DNA from: Lama glama
Lineage: Eukaryota
Length of the DNA: 64,000 nt
Direction of reading: 5' to 3'
Assembly: GCA_028534125.1 (NCBI GenBank)
Contig: CM052817.1
Coordinates: forward strand, 100,876,001-100,940,000
This document shows, in pieces, positions 24,621 through 38,600 of the stretch (position 1 is its first letter; each line of letters starts with the position of its first letter). The position numbers and the translations under genes are program-made. Below the pieces are notes generated by a model. That model saw only the letters and a list, made by a program, of their open reading frames with translations, searched no databases and had not been told where the DNA came from.

Positions 24621-25840
24621 CAGCAGTTCCTAACCTGAGGTCCACGACACCCACGGTGTTCAAGGATGATATTCAGGATCAATAAGATTATATGTGGAAA
24701 ATTGCATTTTATTTCCACTGGCCTCTAACTGAAAATGGGCATTTCCTTCCATTGTGAATGTAGGCAACAAACCACAGTCATATTAGCTGTGTATTAGCTG
24801 TGCTTTGTCACCAATAGAAATCACAGCTCTCTTCATTTTATAGAGCCATTGTTACAGACATCTTGAAATATTGTTCAGGCTCATTGTTACTTTGAAATTA
24901 TGGTAGTTATTAGATCTGCTGCTGGAGGTTTTTTAAACTAACATTCTAATAAAAAAGCATATAGATCTCTTACTGTATTACAAATCTGTTTTTAAAAATA
25001 TGTTGGATGGCTACTATTAAAAAAAACAAAATAACAAGTGTTGATGAGGATGGAAAGAAATTGGAACACATATACACTGTTGGTGGGAATGTAAAATGGT
25101 GCAGGCACTATGGAAAACAGTATGATAGGTCTCCCCAAAATTAAATATAGAATTACCAAATAATACAGTAATTCCCCTTCTGGGTAGATACCCAAAAGAG
25201 TTGACAGGAAGAGTCAAACAGGTATTTGTACAGCAATAGTCATAGCAGCATTATTCACAATAGCTAAGAAGTGAAACAGATCGAATATTCATCCATGGAT
25301 GAATGGAGAAATAAAGTGGGGCATATAATACAATGGAATATTATTCAGCCATGAAAAGGAAGGCAATTCTGACACATGGATGAAACTTGAGGAAATTATG
25401 CTAAGTGAAATAAGCTAGTCACTAAAGGGCAAATACTGTAAAATTCCCCTTTTTATCAGGTACTTAGAGTAGTCAAGTTTATAGAGATAGGAAGTAGAAT
25501 GGTGGTTGCCAGGGGCAGGGCTGTGGTGGGTAGAGAATGGAGAGCTATTGTTTAATTGGAGATGGCTAGTGTTAATGGTTGCACAACAATGTGAATGTAC
25601 TTAATGCCACTAAACAGTACATTAGAAAATGGTTAAGATGGCAAATTTTACATTATGGGTATGTTATCAAAATTTTTTAAAATAATAAGAAATATATATT
25701 GATAACTACATTTCAAGATGGTATACATTTCTGGAATCTGATACATTTTATTTTATGCATTTAAAGTGTTATTCTGAAAGGGGTCAGTAGGCATCACAAG
25801 AATGCCAAAGGGGTCCATGACACAAAAAGTTCAAAAATTC
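24621..25840. mobile_element. Charlie-like hAT relic interrupted by an L1MB-like element (~25005-25690, +)
   Basis: hAT-type start cagcagttcctaacctgaggtcca and end ggggtccatgacacaaaaagtt; internal L1 ORF2 end and 3'UTR. Confidence 0.6.
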
Positions 25841-26632
25841 TCTAAAACCCTCAAAAGCGGTTGCCAGATTTGATACAACAGAATTCTCTGAAATGGAAAG
25901 GGAAGCGAGAGAAAAGATAGTTGTTTTATAAAATAGAAGAATGCAGCTTTACATAGGAATATTTAAACCTTCACTATAAAGTATTATCTTTTTTCCTAAT
26001 AAAAATTTTAAGCGGGAATTCAGAAATATTTTAAATGTTCTTTAAATCCCAAGAAAGAACAACCATATTATAAGCTGCCTTTTCCTTCAAAATGCTCATC
26101 TTGGGAGTCAGATCAGGTGCTCTGTGAATGATTTTAATTACTGATGGTAACTAATCAAGTCAGATTTTTATTTCCGCAGCATTTACCAAGATACTGCAGC
26201 AGGCTAAGGACTTCGACATCATTTGGTGTGTAGGAAAAAAACAGAAAAGATCGCCTTGCACTTTTTTAATAAGTTGACTTCAAATGGGGAGAGGAAAGTA
26301 CCTCCAATATTTAAGGCAGTTTATCTGCTCTGATGCTACTGAATATAGGAGCGGGCCGTGCTGGACCAGCCTCCGCACTCTGCCCCCAGTTGGGCCCACT
26401 GCAGAAAGCAGGGCCGTTTGGGCAAAGGTCAAAAGGAATTTCCTTCCTCAAGGAGAAGCAAAGTCTTCTTTATCAGTTCTATTTCTCCTATCTGATCCCC
26501 ACAGTTTTGTCTAATTACTTAAGCTGCAAGCAGGTCATTTTCAGTTGTAAAAGATTTTTATATAAATTGCTAAATAGCGTGTCATTTGTACAGGCTGCCT
26601 GTCCTGCAGAATGTCTTCATGTTCCTTATCTC

Positions 26633-26858
26633 AGTGGTCCTTAACCAGGCCAACTTCGTCCCCCAGGGACATGTGGCCATCACTGGAGGCATCGCTGGTT
26701 TGCAGGACTAGGGAGCAATGGCAGGTACCAGCACTGAGTGGAGAGATCAGGACCGGGGATGCTGCTACCCTTGATACACAGGACAGCCTCCACCCCATTG
26801 CGGCCAACAAAAATTATCCCATGCAAAGTGTTCCTAATGTTAAGGTTGAGAAACCCTG
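26633..26858 (+). mobile_element. MER20-like MITE
   Basis: ccccagggacatgtggc...gggatgctgct...aacaaaaattatcc...aggttgagaaaccctg. Confidence 0.75.
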
Positions 26859-27477
26859 CTTTATCTGGTTTTCTTAATAAGAAAATGATTCTCAAATATC
26901 TCTTGAGAGCCATCTCGGGAGAGGGGCAGCAGACAAGAAAGGAGAGCAGAAAGTCACACGGAGCACTTCAGGTTTTACTTAGCACCTATTGTGCTCACCA
27001 CAACCATGTGTTTTAGTATTTTCTCCATTTGTGCAAATGAAGGAATAGGCTCCATGAACACGTCACTTGTTTGGGTTGGAAAGTGACAGATCTGGAATGA
27101 ACCCGGGCCAGTCTGGCCTGAAAGCCTTTGGTGCTCTCTATTATGTGCTGAAACTCAGCTGGAGTGTAATAGAATGAACCTTAAAAACCCGGGTCCCTAG
27201 TCTTTATTAAGTCCTTCCCATGCCATGGACAGAGACCCAGGGTCTCATATGAGATTCCATCTAGCCTAACTCTTTGTTGCTAAAGTGGCATACCAAAGAA
27301 GTATTAGGTTGTTCTAGGGGAGCAGAAATGAACTGAGGAGAAAAAAATGAATCTGTATGAAGATACTAAATAATACCACAGTATATTGTAGCAAAGTGTA
27401 TTGAATTGAAATAACACAATATGTTGAGAAACGTTGAATTACTTGGCATCAACAGTAAGTGCTTTGGCTCTGTACAG

Positions 27478-27990
27478 TAGCCAAGACATGGAGATAAACT
27501 AAATGTCCATTGACAGATGACTGGGTAAAGAGGCTGTGGTATGTTTATACAATGGAACACTACTCAGCCATAAAAAAGAATAAATTAATGCCATTTGCAA
27601 CAACATGGATGGACCTGGAGATCATCATTCTAAGTGAAGTAAGTCAGAAAGAGAAAGAAAAATACCATATGAAATCACTTATATGTGGAATCTAAAAGAA
27701 AAAAGACACATATGAACTTATTTACAGAACAGAAACAGACTCATAGACATAGAAAACAAATAGATGGTTAAGGGAGTAAAGGGGGTGGGAAGGGATAAAT
27801 TGGAAGTTCAAAATCTGCACCTCTTGGGGAGTGATGGAAATGTGAGCTATCTTGATTGTGGTGGTGGTTTCATAGGTGTATACGTCTATCAAAATTCATC
27901 AGATTGTACATCTGAAATATATGTAGTTTATTGTACAGAAATTATACCATAATAAGATTGTTTTTTAAAAATCTAAAAAAAATAAAATAA
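27478..27990 (+). mobile_element. L1 3' region: younger-type segment fused at ~27820 to an older-type 3' end
   Basis: MPFATTWMDLEIIILSEVSQ, then a switch to ggagtgatggaaatgt...cttgattgtggtggtggtt. Confidence 0.75.
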
Positions 27991-28139
27991 AAAATATTCT
28001 GAAGTCAAGACTTGCATTCCAAAAATATATATATAATGAGGAGTTTGCAACAAGTAGGAGAGGCAGACAGGAGGAGGAGAAAATCAGACTCAGACAGTGG
28101 GCAGAAAATATATAAAGACATACAATACGAATAATGGAG

Positions 28140-30240
28140 CTCCTAGTAGAAATATGTATAAGAAAGAGAGACAGCACAAAAGAAGCAGAAATGAAGTCTG
28201 CATGGGAGGAGATACTGGTCTGAAGAGGACTTTAAAGGATGAGTAGGAGCTGACCAGGCAGAGAGCAGGGAAGGGCCTTCCAGGAAGGGGAAGACACCAC
28301 CTTGTGAAACAGCAGGGTGTGTCGGGTGATGTAAGTGGAAGGGAGGAAGTGGAGAGGAGACGAGAGAGGTGATCTGAGTCAAATATTGGCCCCTTTGTCT
28401 GTCATATAAGTGCTGGGACTTTATCTGAAAGCAGTGGGGAGTCAACAAAAAGTTTTGTAATGGGGGAATGAGAGGATCAAATTTGTCTTCAAGGAACATA
28501 AGTGTGGAAGTAGGGGGTGGGTCTAGAGGAGGCAAAAGCCGTGACCGGAGGAGAACTTTTGAGACAAGTGGGATAGTCTAGGCAAGAGTCAGTGAGAGCC
28601 TGAGATGGGGAAACTGCCCTGGGGGTGGGGAGGATGCATCAATACAGTAGCAATGAAGGAGGTGATGATAATCACAGCAATAAAAATTCTAGTTAAAATT
28701 GAGAAAACTATTGCTATATACTAAACACTGTTCTAAGACCGTTAAGTGAACTATTTCATTTTATTAATTCACTGAATAAATATTTATTGGCCAGATACAG
28801 AACCACGCAATAGGATACAGCAGTGGATAAAACCAACAAAAAATCCTTGCCTTCATAGCACTAATATTCTATTAGGAGAGACAGACAATGAACAAGACAA
28901 CAAATAAAATTTGGTAGCATGTTAGATGGTGCTAACTGCTCTTAAGCAGAAAAAAATAATGCAGGAAAGGGGAAACAAGTATTGTGGAGCAGGGTAAAAT
29001 TTTTAAATAGCAGAGCCAGGCAAGGCCTCAGTAAAAAATAAGACTTGAACAGACTTGAAGAAATGAGGGAAGTAGGCACAAAGGTATCTTGCACAGGAGA
29101 CCTCCATGCAGAGTGAGCAGCATGTGCAAAAGAGGCAAGGGGGGAGGCTGTAGCTCAAGTGGTAGAGTGCATGCTTAGCGTGCATGAGGTCCTGGATTCA
29201 ATCCCCAGTACCTCCACTTAAATAAATAAACAAACCTAATTACCTCCTCCCCTTAAGAAAAAAAAAGGCAGATAAAAAAGAGAGGCAGGAATGTACCTGG
29301 TAAGTTCCAGTAACACTGGGAAGGAGAGTTTGGCTCTTAGTGAATGAGGGGAAGAGAAATTGGAGATAGGCTAGAAGCAGTAATGGGTCCTGATCTCACT
29401 GGACCTTGAAAGTCGTAATAAGGACTCCAGCTTTTACTCTGAGTAAAACGGGAACTGGAGCAAACTGAGCAGAAGAGTGACATGACGTGACTTAAATTTT
29501 AACAGGGTCACTCCAGCTGATTTTTGAGAATAGACTGCAGGACAAGGAAGGGCAGAATCAGAGAAACCGATGTAGGGCTGTCATCCAGGAGAGAAATGAT
29601 GGTGGCTCAGAACAAAATGGGTGCAGTGGGGGTGGTGAGAAGGGATCCTTTTCTGATGAGAATTTGAAGGCAGAGTCAATAAAATTTGCTGATGGATCAG
29701 ATACAGCATGTGTGTGTGTGTATGAGAGAGAGAGAAAGAGACAGAGACAGAGACAGAGAAGAGAGAAACCAGGGCTATGCCTCAGGATTTTGGTTGAGCA
29801 ACTGGGAGAGATGGGATGCCCTTTAACCGATATGGAGAAGACTGCAGGGGGTCTCGTAGGGAGTTGTTTTTGGAGGGAGGTGGGTATCAGGAGTAGGTAT
29901 CAGGAGTTCACTTTGGGACCTGTTAAATTAGACATGTCAAGTTGGCAGTTGGATATACTGACCTGAACTTCAGGGGTGCAGTCTGTATGGGAAATAAAAA
30001 TGTAAGAATGATCAGCATATAGGTGATGCGTAAAGCCAGAAGTGATCAACTAGGGAGTGAATAAATAGATAAAAGAAGGGGTCCAAGGACTAAGCCCCCA
30101 GCATTCTGACATTCAGAGGTTGAGGAGTCGAGGAAGAAGGAACCACTACAGGAGATGAAGATGGAGCAGTCAGATGGGGGAGGAAATCCAGGAAGGGTGC
30201 TGTCCTGGAAGCCAAATGAAGAAAGAGTTTCAAGGAGGAC
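28140..30240 (+). mobile_element. L2 LINE fragments
   Basis: Purine-rich L2 signatures (attcactgaataaatatttattg, ttttactctgag, ggagttcactttgggac, tcctggaagccaa). Confidence 0.65.
29139..29280 (+). mobile_element. Full-length tRNA-derived SINE (Vic-1-like)
   Basis: ggggggaggctgtagctcaagtggtagagtgcatgcttagc...ggattcaatccccagtacctcca (A and B boxes); agaggca on both flanks. Confidence 0.88.
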
Positions 30241-33200
30241 GGTGTTGGAAAGATCATCTGTGTGTAACTTAAAATTGCTAAGACTTAAGACAGGGGTAAC
30301 AGTGGAGAGAGAGAAGGTGAGATGGGTATTGAAATCATCAAAAAATGATACGAATGACTGGAGACCAAGTGTTACAGGCTGGTGACAAGATTGTCACAGC
30401 TGAAGCAGCAAGGAGCAGCCCCAGGGGCCCTGTCCCACCGTCGGTCCCTATGAGAGGGTATCCCGCCCCACTGCAGAGGGTGCAGGGGAAGCTGTGTCCC
30501 TAGGGGACAGAGCCAAGTTTCAGTCAGGGAGAGGAAAGAAACACTCAGGGGAGGCGGAGGGGAAGGAAGACTTTACTGATGATTAACCCAAGTTCGAGAG
30601 GGATGGCGAAACGGTTTCAGGAGATGGGGAAGGGTGCCAAATGAGGTCAGCAAAGGGGGTGGGGATTAGACTCCCAGGCTTGAAAGATGACCTGCAAGTC
30701 CTGGGTCTTGTGGGGATGGACAGCAGTGGGCACAAGGGACCCGAGGGGTCACAAGGCAGATAGCAAAGGATCTGGGGGTCTTGACAGGAGTTGAACAGGA
30801 TCTGAGCTCCACCTTGGTGGCTGTTGGGAGACGGGTGGTCTGCACCCTCTCTTGGGCCTTATTTAATCCATGCAACACTGTGAAGTCGGTGCTGTGGTTA
30901 TTCTCATTTTACGAAAGAAGATACATACAAAAAACAACGAGCACGTAAAATCAACAGGCCTTGGTGAATGCAGGCTTACACTGCAGGCTGAGTCCAGTCT
31001 CAGTCACCACTAAGGAAGCTGAGAAGGAGGCTTTTGGGGTTGTGAAAGTGGAGTGAATACAGGACTGGGAAGTGGATTCCTGCTTAACAGGTTTTGAGTT
31101 GAAGGTGCAGGCAGGGGATTGACAAGTGAAAATAGGTTGAAGATGATGAGAAACATAGAAGTAGGCTTGGTTTATGTGTCAGAGCAGGAGCGGTTGATTT
31201 GGAAGTCAGCAGTCCCAGCCAGAAGAGAGCTTTCAGCCTCAGATCTTCCCCAGGTACAGGTCTTACTACCACAGGAAAAACAGAATTGTTTCCTAGGGGT
31301 GAGAAACAAGAGGAGATTAGAAGTGGATTTCAATTTAGGAACTTGACAAAATCCCAGCTGTTGCCCTCAAACCACCCATATAATGCCTTTTCACTTGGCG
31401 TGTTCTGAAAGATCCTCTCTCAATTTTACTGCTGGTGTAAGGCTCATGCTTTTGAAATATTGCTTTAACAGTGACCTCTAGTGTTACAAAGCGATCTCTG
31501 CTAACCGATGAGACAGTCTAAAAAATGAAAGTTCCCTCAACCTTAGAGTCATTGCATAGATTCGTACTGCCAGAAGGTACCTTAATAAATTATTCAGTCC
31601 ATTTCTCTGCCTTCAGGGAGGACATCATTTGAACAATTCCAGGTCACTTCCCTTCAAGGCAGATGTAATGGAGCTTCAGAAAGTTCAGAGAATGGCAACT
31701 AGAGTAAACAAGGAGAGAAATGTACTTTCCTGTGAGAACAGTTTTTTTTTTTAAGAAAAATACACCGCAGACTAGAACGCTGATATGTATGAAACACTGA
31801 GCTAATAGAACAAACCTCCAAGTGTAAGCTCTCTTTGAAATCATGAAGAGATAGTGTAATACTGGCTACAACTTTTGAGCTTTTGGTCCATACCAAGTAT
31901 GCCTAACCACCCTTAAGGTAAGAACCATTATATCTCCATTTTACAGATGAGGAAACCGAGATATAGCAATCAGTTAGTTAACCAGGGTGACACAGCTGAA
32001 AAGGGGCAAAGTTGGGACTGGAACCAGGCTTCCTGACCCCCAAGTCTGTGCTCCTACCCTGCAGAAGCGGCAACCCTGGAATAAATGGGAATTCTAACTT
32101 AGATATAGGATGCACATGAATCAGTAATTTGGCAAAGGCTAAAAATATAAATTTGTCCAAGAAAAGGGTGGATGTGGGCACGGCAGTCTGGGAACGACTG
32201 GGATGTTCAGGCAGCATTTCTCAGTCCTAGCAAACCTCAGACCGATGGACCCTCAGAGAAGAAACTTCACACAGACTGAGACATCTATTTTCATCTTTTA
32301 AAATCCTCACTAGCAGAAGAATCCTTCATGTTTAATCTAAATCCTTCCTGTTGATGCCCAGTTTCTTTTCTTCTGTCATCAGTGAAGGTAGAAACCAGGT
32401 GGCCATAAGCCTCCCTCACCTTTTCCTTTCCATCACTGTTAAGCTCCAGCCTTCTGGTCTACCACCTTCACACTACCCAGTCCACCATCCTTTCAGTATT
32501 GGCATTGGTCTCGTGGTCCATCTTGAGGCTTTAATGTGTCTAATGGGAGCATTTTCAATCCTAAAGAGAAGTTTGTGCCTATGTAATTAATAAATCATAA
32601 AAATGTCTTCCTTCATAATATTTACACAGTGTTTCTCATTTTCAAAGGACTTCTGCACACCTTATCCTGCTTGATTCTCATGGATTTGTCCCTGTTTAAC
32701 AGGAAAGAAAGTGAGGCTATGGGAAGTGGAATGATTTGCCCAAGTTTCCATAAGGGACTAGTGGGAAGAATAACAAGGTTGACAAGAAAAGAGGCTGCGT
32801 GGTATTTGATGACTCAGAGAATCAGAGAGAATGTTTTTAGGAGTCATGTAAGGGTTGGAAAATAATCCTCTTTGCCTTTTCTGTTTGTTTTGGTAGCTGT
32901 CCCCAACTGGTCATAGAAATACCTAGCAAATAAAACAAGTACAACTTCCCTTTCTGGTCATCTTTGGGGGGTTCCTTTTCATAGCTGGAGCCCAGAGCCA
33001 CTCCTTCAACTTGTGGGACTTAGGTAGCTGCCAACTCAGTGCCACCTAATTATTATTATGGTGCCAGGCTCTGTTCCAGCCACCCTATAGGTATCCATTC
33101 TTGGAATCTTCACAACAACCCCGTGAGGTGGGGGTTATTTTTAACTCTCATGTTACAGTTGCGGAAAGAAGCACAGATAAACAATTTGCTCAAGGTCTTA

Positions 33201-34644
33201 CAGGTAGTCCTGGTCAATACGAAGGTAAAGTTTAAGAAAAAGCCGTCTCCATCCTGCTGTCAAGCAGTAAGTATCCATCACAGACTATGACCCACTTTGA
33301 TGCTGTGGTGGCAGGACGAGCATGCATCCTGTGACACATGAGGAGTTTGGGTCTCAGCGAGGTTAAGCTGTTCGGTGTTCAGAGTGAGGCAGGGCTGATA
33401 CTGGCTCACATTTTCCAATGGTCATACCAGTTGTTAAAATGGTAAAATTTTCTGTACAGGTTGGCAATGCCGTTGCCTCAAGTCCCGCAAGAATTTCCAT
33501 CCCTCTTGCTGCCCAGACTCCTCCCCTGCAAGCCCTCCACATCGTCCTTCAGCCTGGTGACTCCGGGGGTCCCTGCTCCAGCGATGGTTTCACCCGACCC
33601 TGGTAGGCTCCCTCTGGAAACTGGTGTCAGGGACATGGTTGGGGGCGGGGTGGCAAGTAGGGGAGGGAGCTGTAGGAGAGAGGGCAGCCAGGACAGGAGA
33701 CTTTGAGGGATGTCTGTTGCATAGCTGGTTTTGCTTCTTCTCGGCAGTATTAGCTAAAGGACAAAACTAGGGCTCAGAACAGCAGAGGAAGTACCTTCTC
33801 TGGTTTCACACCACTGGGAGAAACTCTAGGTGTCTGAGCAAGGAGCCAAGGCTATCTGTGCTGCTGGAGGACTTAGCAGAGGGAGACCCGCATCTGGGGA
33901 GAGCCAGGGGGCTGGAAATGAAGACTGAGATCTCTCTCCTTTCTGTTTGGTAGATCCATGGTGATACTTATGCATGAAGCCCTCCCATGCCATGCCACGC
34001 CCGTACCTGGGGCTCCAGAAAGATGTGTGTACTTTCTTGACTAAGTTATGATGTGAGTTGTTTAAAAAAAGGAACAGTGAGTCTCCTTTCAGCCTTGAAT
34101 TTAGTAGGGGATTACTACAGCTCCAGAGCAGACATGCAGGGGTCAGGGAGGGGTTACCAAGTAAGTAGACATTGTCTCGGTAAGAAAGAGAGTCTCTGAG
34201 ATGGGCCAGTAGTTATAAATACCAGCGGCCAGTGCCTGTAGGCTGATGTAAGAAGATGAACAGTAGAAAGAAAGACGGTCTTAGAAAAGACCTGAGAATG
34301 ACCGATGCTTTCAGGTGTAAAACCTCTGAGTGAGTTCTGAGCCTCAGGTGTTACGTGGGAAAGGAGGCAGCAGACGAGGCACCCGTCCGCCTGTGCAAAC
34401 ACTCCCAGGGCACAGGGAAGCAACCAGAAGCAAAACCAGGCTAAGCGGCACAGGGTGAGGCGTCGAGATGATGACAGATGACCAACAGACGGAGCCTGAA
34501 AACTAGCAAGGAGTTTACGAAGGAGTGTTACTTAGTCCACAAAGCAATCCCACAAAGATTCGCTTGTTGAGTTTAATAACCTCATTCTTGCCAAGGGTAT
34601 AGCAGACAGAGAATTGAGTCATAAAAAGCAAAAGATGTTTTTGA

Positions 34645-35665
34645 TTACTTTCCTAGGGCCACTAACTCGGTGGCTTAAAACAACAAAAATGTATTTTCTC
34701 ACGGTTCCAGAGGCCAGAAGTCAAAAGTGAAGGTGCCGGCAGGGGGCAATCTTGTTTATTGCAGCTTCTGGTGGCTCCTGGCTCGCTGTGGCTTGTGGCA
34801 ACGCCACTTCAGTCTCTGCCTCTGTCTTCACCTGGTCTTCTTCCTTGCGTGTCTCTTTGTGTCCTCTCTTCTTCTGATTTTTATTAATTTTTTGTGTCAA
34901 TTTTGTTCTTCCAATTTTTTTCCATTTCTTTTTCTTTTTTGGGGGGTAATTAGGTTTATTTATTTTTATGTTTTATTATTATTTTCTTTTAATGGAGGTA
35001 CTGAGGACCTCATGCATGCTAAACACACCCCCTACCACTGAGCTACATCCTCCCTCTCCTCCAGTTTCATTGTGCTGTAACTGACACAGAGCACTATATA
35101 CATTTAAGGTGGACAGACTCATGATTTGACTTACATACATCATGAAACAGTTACCATAATAAGTTGAGTGAACATCCATCATCTCCTATAGATACAAGAT
35201 TAAAGAAAAAGAAAATAATCTTTTTTCTTTGTGATGAGAACTCAGGATTTATTCTAACATTCATAGATAACACACAATGGCATTAATTACATTTCTCATG
35301 TTGGACATAACACCCTAGTCCTTAGGTATCTTATAACTAGAAGTTTGTACCTCTTGACTGCCCTAATCCAGTTTCCCCTCCCTCCACCTCCTGCCTCTGG
35401 TAACTACATATCTGATCTCTTGTACTGTCAGTTTTTTGTTGAAGGCCAATTGACCTGCAACACTGCGCTAGTCCCCAATGCACAGTCTTTCCCCTTCTTA
35501 TAAGAACACAAGTCATGGAATTGAGGGCCTGCCCTAAATCCAGGATGATTTCATCTCAAGATCCTTAACTAATTACAGCTGCAAAGATTCTCTTTCCAAA
35601 TAAGTCCACATTCTGAGGTTCTGCGTGGACATGAATTTTGGAGGGACATTACTCAACCCACTGCA
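34645..35665 (-). mobile_element. MLT1 (MaLR) LTR interrupted by a SINE (~34875-35057, -) and an L1 3' fragment (~35062-35485, -)
   Basis: ggtggcttaaaacaacaaaaatgtattttctcacggttcc...; resumes at cttataagaacacaagtcat...tccaaataagtccacattctgagg. Confidence 0.75.
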
Positions 35666-38600
35666 ATGTGTGACCCACTGCAGAAAATGGACAAGGGGGG
35701 AGACAATGCATTGACAAGATGGGAAATTTATTTACTCTTTGTGATTCATTTTTTATTCCTGCTACAGCTAATTATCTAATGGTTGTCAACAATTAAAAGC
35801 AAACTTGTTTCGGAAACTGGGAGTCTCGTGCGTAATGAGTTTTCTTGTCCTGACCCTCTAGCCCTGAAGATGCTATGTGCTCCCGTGCTGACTACCTCAG
35901 ATAACATCAAGAACTATTAAACCACTATTTTCACATTTAAAAAAAAAACTTGACCTTCATCCATATCCTGTAGGACAGTGTTTCCCAGATGCACTGGTCC
36001 AAGGGAAATTTTCACAGGCCAAGGCATCTTTCCCTGTAAACCCTGCAGCCCCTGAGCCTCCAGCCACCCAGCCTCAGCTAAGAGGAATCACTGAGCAGGA
36101 CCTTCTTATGGGAACCTGCGTCACACCCCCTAGATTCTTCAGAACCCAGTAAGGATAAGTGTAGCAGCAGCGCTGTCAGTGAACTTGCTTCAGCTTACAC
36201 AGAATATTCCAAATTGAGAGAAATGCCATGAGGAGAGTTGCTTCCATTTTTGTCAACAAATCTACGAGGAACAGAGTTTAACAGTGAATGACGAGGCAAA
36301 ATGTGAGAATACATTGAAAATTTTAAGCTCTATTTCATGATATCTTGTTGAAAATATAACCCTAAACTGACAAATGTGTATCAAATTAACAATTGTATAA
36401 ATATAATATTGTAAAATGAAATTTCATACAGAAATTCTTCTAAATTCAAACACTATGTATATATTTGTAAAATTATATTTCATCGCTGTTTGTTGTCAGC
36501 CTACCAACTGACTTTTATGCTGTGTCCTTTTTACTTTTTGGATGTCTAATTATTATTTCCTTTATGAAGTAATAGTACAAATAGATTTCTACCTCACGCA
36601 ATTTGAAGGGAGCAACTTTTTCTTGGTTCTGTACCTTAAAAAAATTTACCAAATGTATTTTATGTTTCAATGATTTGTTAATCTATTGCTTTGGAACACA
36701 AAATGATTACAGAACTAGATTGCAGAATATAAAGGTAATTCACCATAGGAAAACCTGTCATTTAAAAGTCAAATTTAAAGGGCATATTGGTTAAAATATT
36801 ATTATCTGTATTGTTTCGCTTTAAAGTAAGAGTTTACACTTGAGAGAAGGTGCACAAGGGATGTCCTTTACACAATAAATTCCTGAAGTGCATTTATAAT
36901 ATGATTTCATTTTATATTTAAATCCAAAATTTCAAGAGTATAGCTGCTTTGCAAATCAAATTGCTTTGCTGCTAGCAGGCAAAGTATTCTGTCTGCAGCA
37001 CTCTCCTGTGCCGCCCACCCGACCTCTCCCCGGGCACCTTGAGATCCGGCAGGAAGAACTGCAGAGGGGGGAGCCACACCCACACTGGACATAGTCATTC
37101 TGCTCAGGACATCACCTTTTCTTCTCCCAGGGCATCTTCTGTGATTGACCACCTCGTGACAACTGACAGCCACGGCAGGGCCGCTGGATGGTTACCACCA
37201 TCACTTTCGGATGTCAGAAGACCTCAGTCCTCCTTCAGAAGGAAACCCTCACCCCTCCCATTGAAAGGAGGTGTTGGATACCTACTCTGTCCAAGGTGCC
37301 CAAGGGGAGTGGCTTACGGTCTAAGCATGTTTTATTGTCGTTACATCTTTGATGTTTCTTCTGTGGAACTGCTTCTGTGCTTCCCTCCCTGTATACTTAG
37401 GGAGAAATTTGAAACTTTCAGTTGCTTTACTAGGAATTGTTTCTGTCAGCTGCTTGTCGTTAGAAGAGCACTAAATCAAATCATCGGCTAGTCTTTCTGA
37501 ATATTTCACGCTTTTAGAAACCAAGGTCCTATTCATTGCATTTTATATGTTTTTGAATTACAATCAGAGTATTTACTCCTCTCTAGTACAAAGTCATATT
37601 GTAAGAGATATGTGTGTACCATGGTCGACTGGCTTTCTGACTGACTCTCATAGAAAGTTAACCATGTACTTACATATGCCGCTATAGGTATATGCATATC
37701 TCTGGCCGATTCCCCGTGAAATCTTTTATTCATCCCATGAAGACACAGAGTTTAACTTGATGCATCAAACTGCTCGAGCCCTGTGTTCTGAAGAAGGAGC
37801 TGACATAGATACAAGGAGGGCAGGGGTCTAAAAAAGATGAAAAACACTTAGTTTCTTCCTGGTTTTTCTTTTGCTTCTGCAATTCATACATAAAATATAT
37901 TATGCCCTTGGAAGTGGCCTCTTTTCTTTTTCTCTCTCTCTCCCCTCCTACCATCATGTCAGAGCCATGTATATCATAGCGTGAGCCGGATATAAGCATC
38001 CTTCTGGGTTGAGCTGGCCGGTAAATTAACTTATGCTAAATGGATGTCTGCCCAAGACTGTCAGCTCTGTCATCTTTGTCAGCCTCCTCCACAGACATTT
38101 CATTTCACTGTGGATGACATTTCATTTCATTTGATTCTCAATACCATTTCATCTCCTTGCAATGCATGAAATTTTTCAGTGAACAGCAGACTCACTGGCC
38201 CTTCTGAAGCTGACAAGGATACTTGTATGCCCCAGACAAGTCCAAAAATTCAACACTGCTTGGTGTCCCTTCCAGTCTCTTCCAAGCTTGTCTGCACTTC
38301 AGAGGCTGAGTTCTTAAGAAGGAGCACCTCTCCCACCTGTGCTCCCAAACCTGGACTTAAGGCTTCATTATAGACACACACCGTCAAGGATAAGCTGTCA
38401 CGTGAAGGTCCTTAACAGGCTAGTTGCACAAAGGTCATCTGGGAATCAGAAGTCAATAGACATTTTCTGAGCACGTATAATGTGACCTTGGGTGTTGGCC
38501 TGATCTCAGTCACCTTAGAAGCACATGATCACTATGTGCTTTATGATAAGAAGTCTTCGACCTAGAGTCCTAACATGGCAGCTTTCTGAAAGTCTTCTAG

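Noticed and set aside
1..28000. Plus-strand bias of L1 fragments as evidence of a long minus-strand transcript
   Set aside because: Too few elements and several counter-examples.
29139..29220. tRNA gene
   Set aside because: tRNA-like head followed by a SINE body and A tail, with several diverged copies in the window.
31468..31488. CTCF-like motif (minus strand acactagaggtcac)
   Set aside because: Mismatches at core positions; unsupported without ChIP data.
37039..37491. 150-aa ORF
   Set aside because: Non-ATG start and no coding-like composition or homology.
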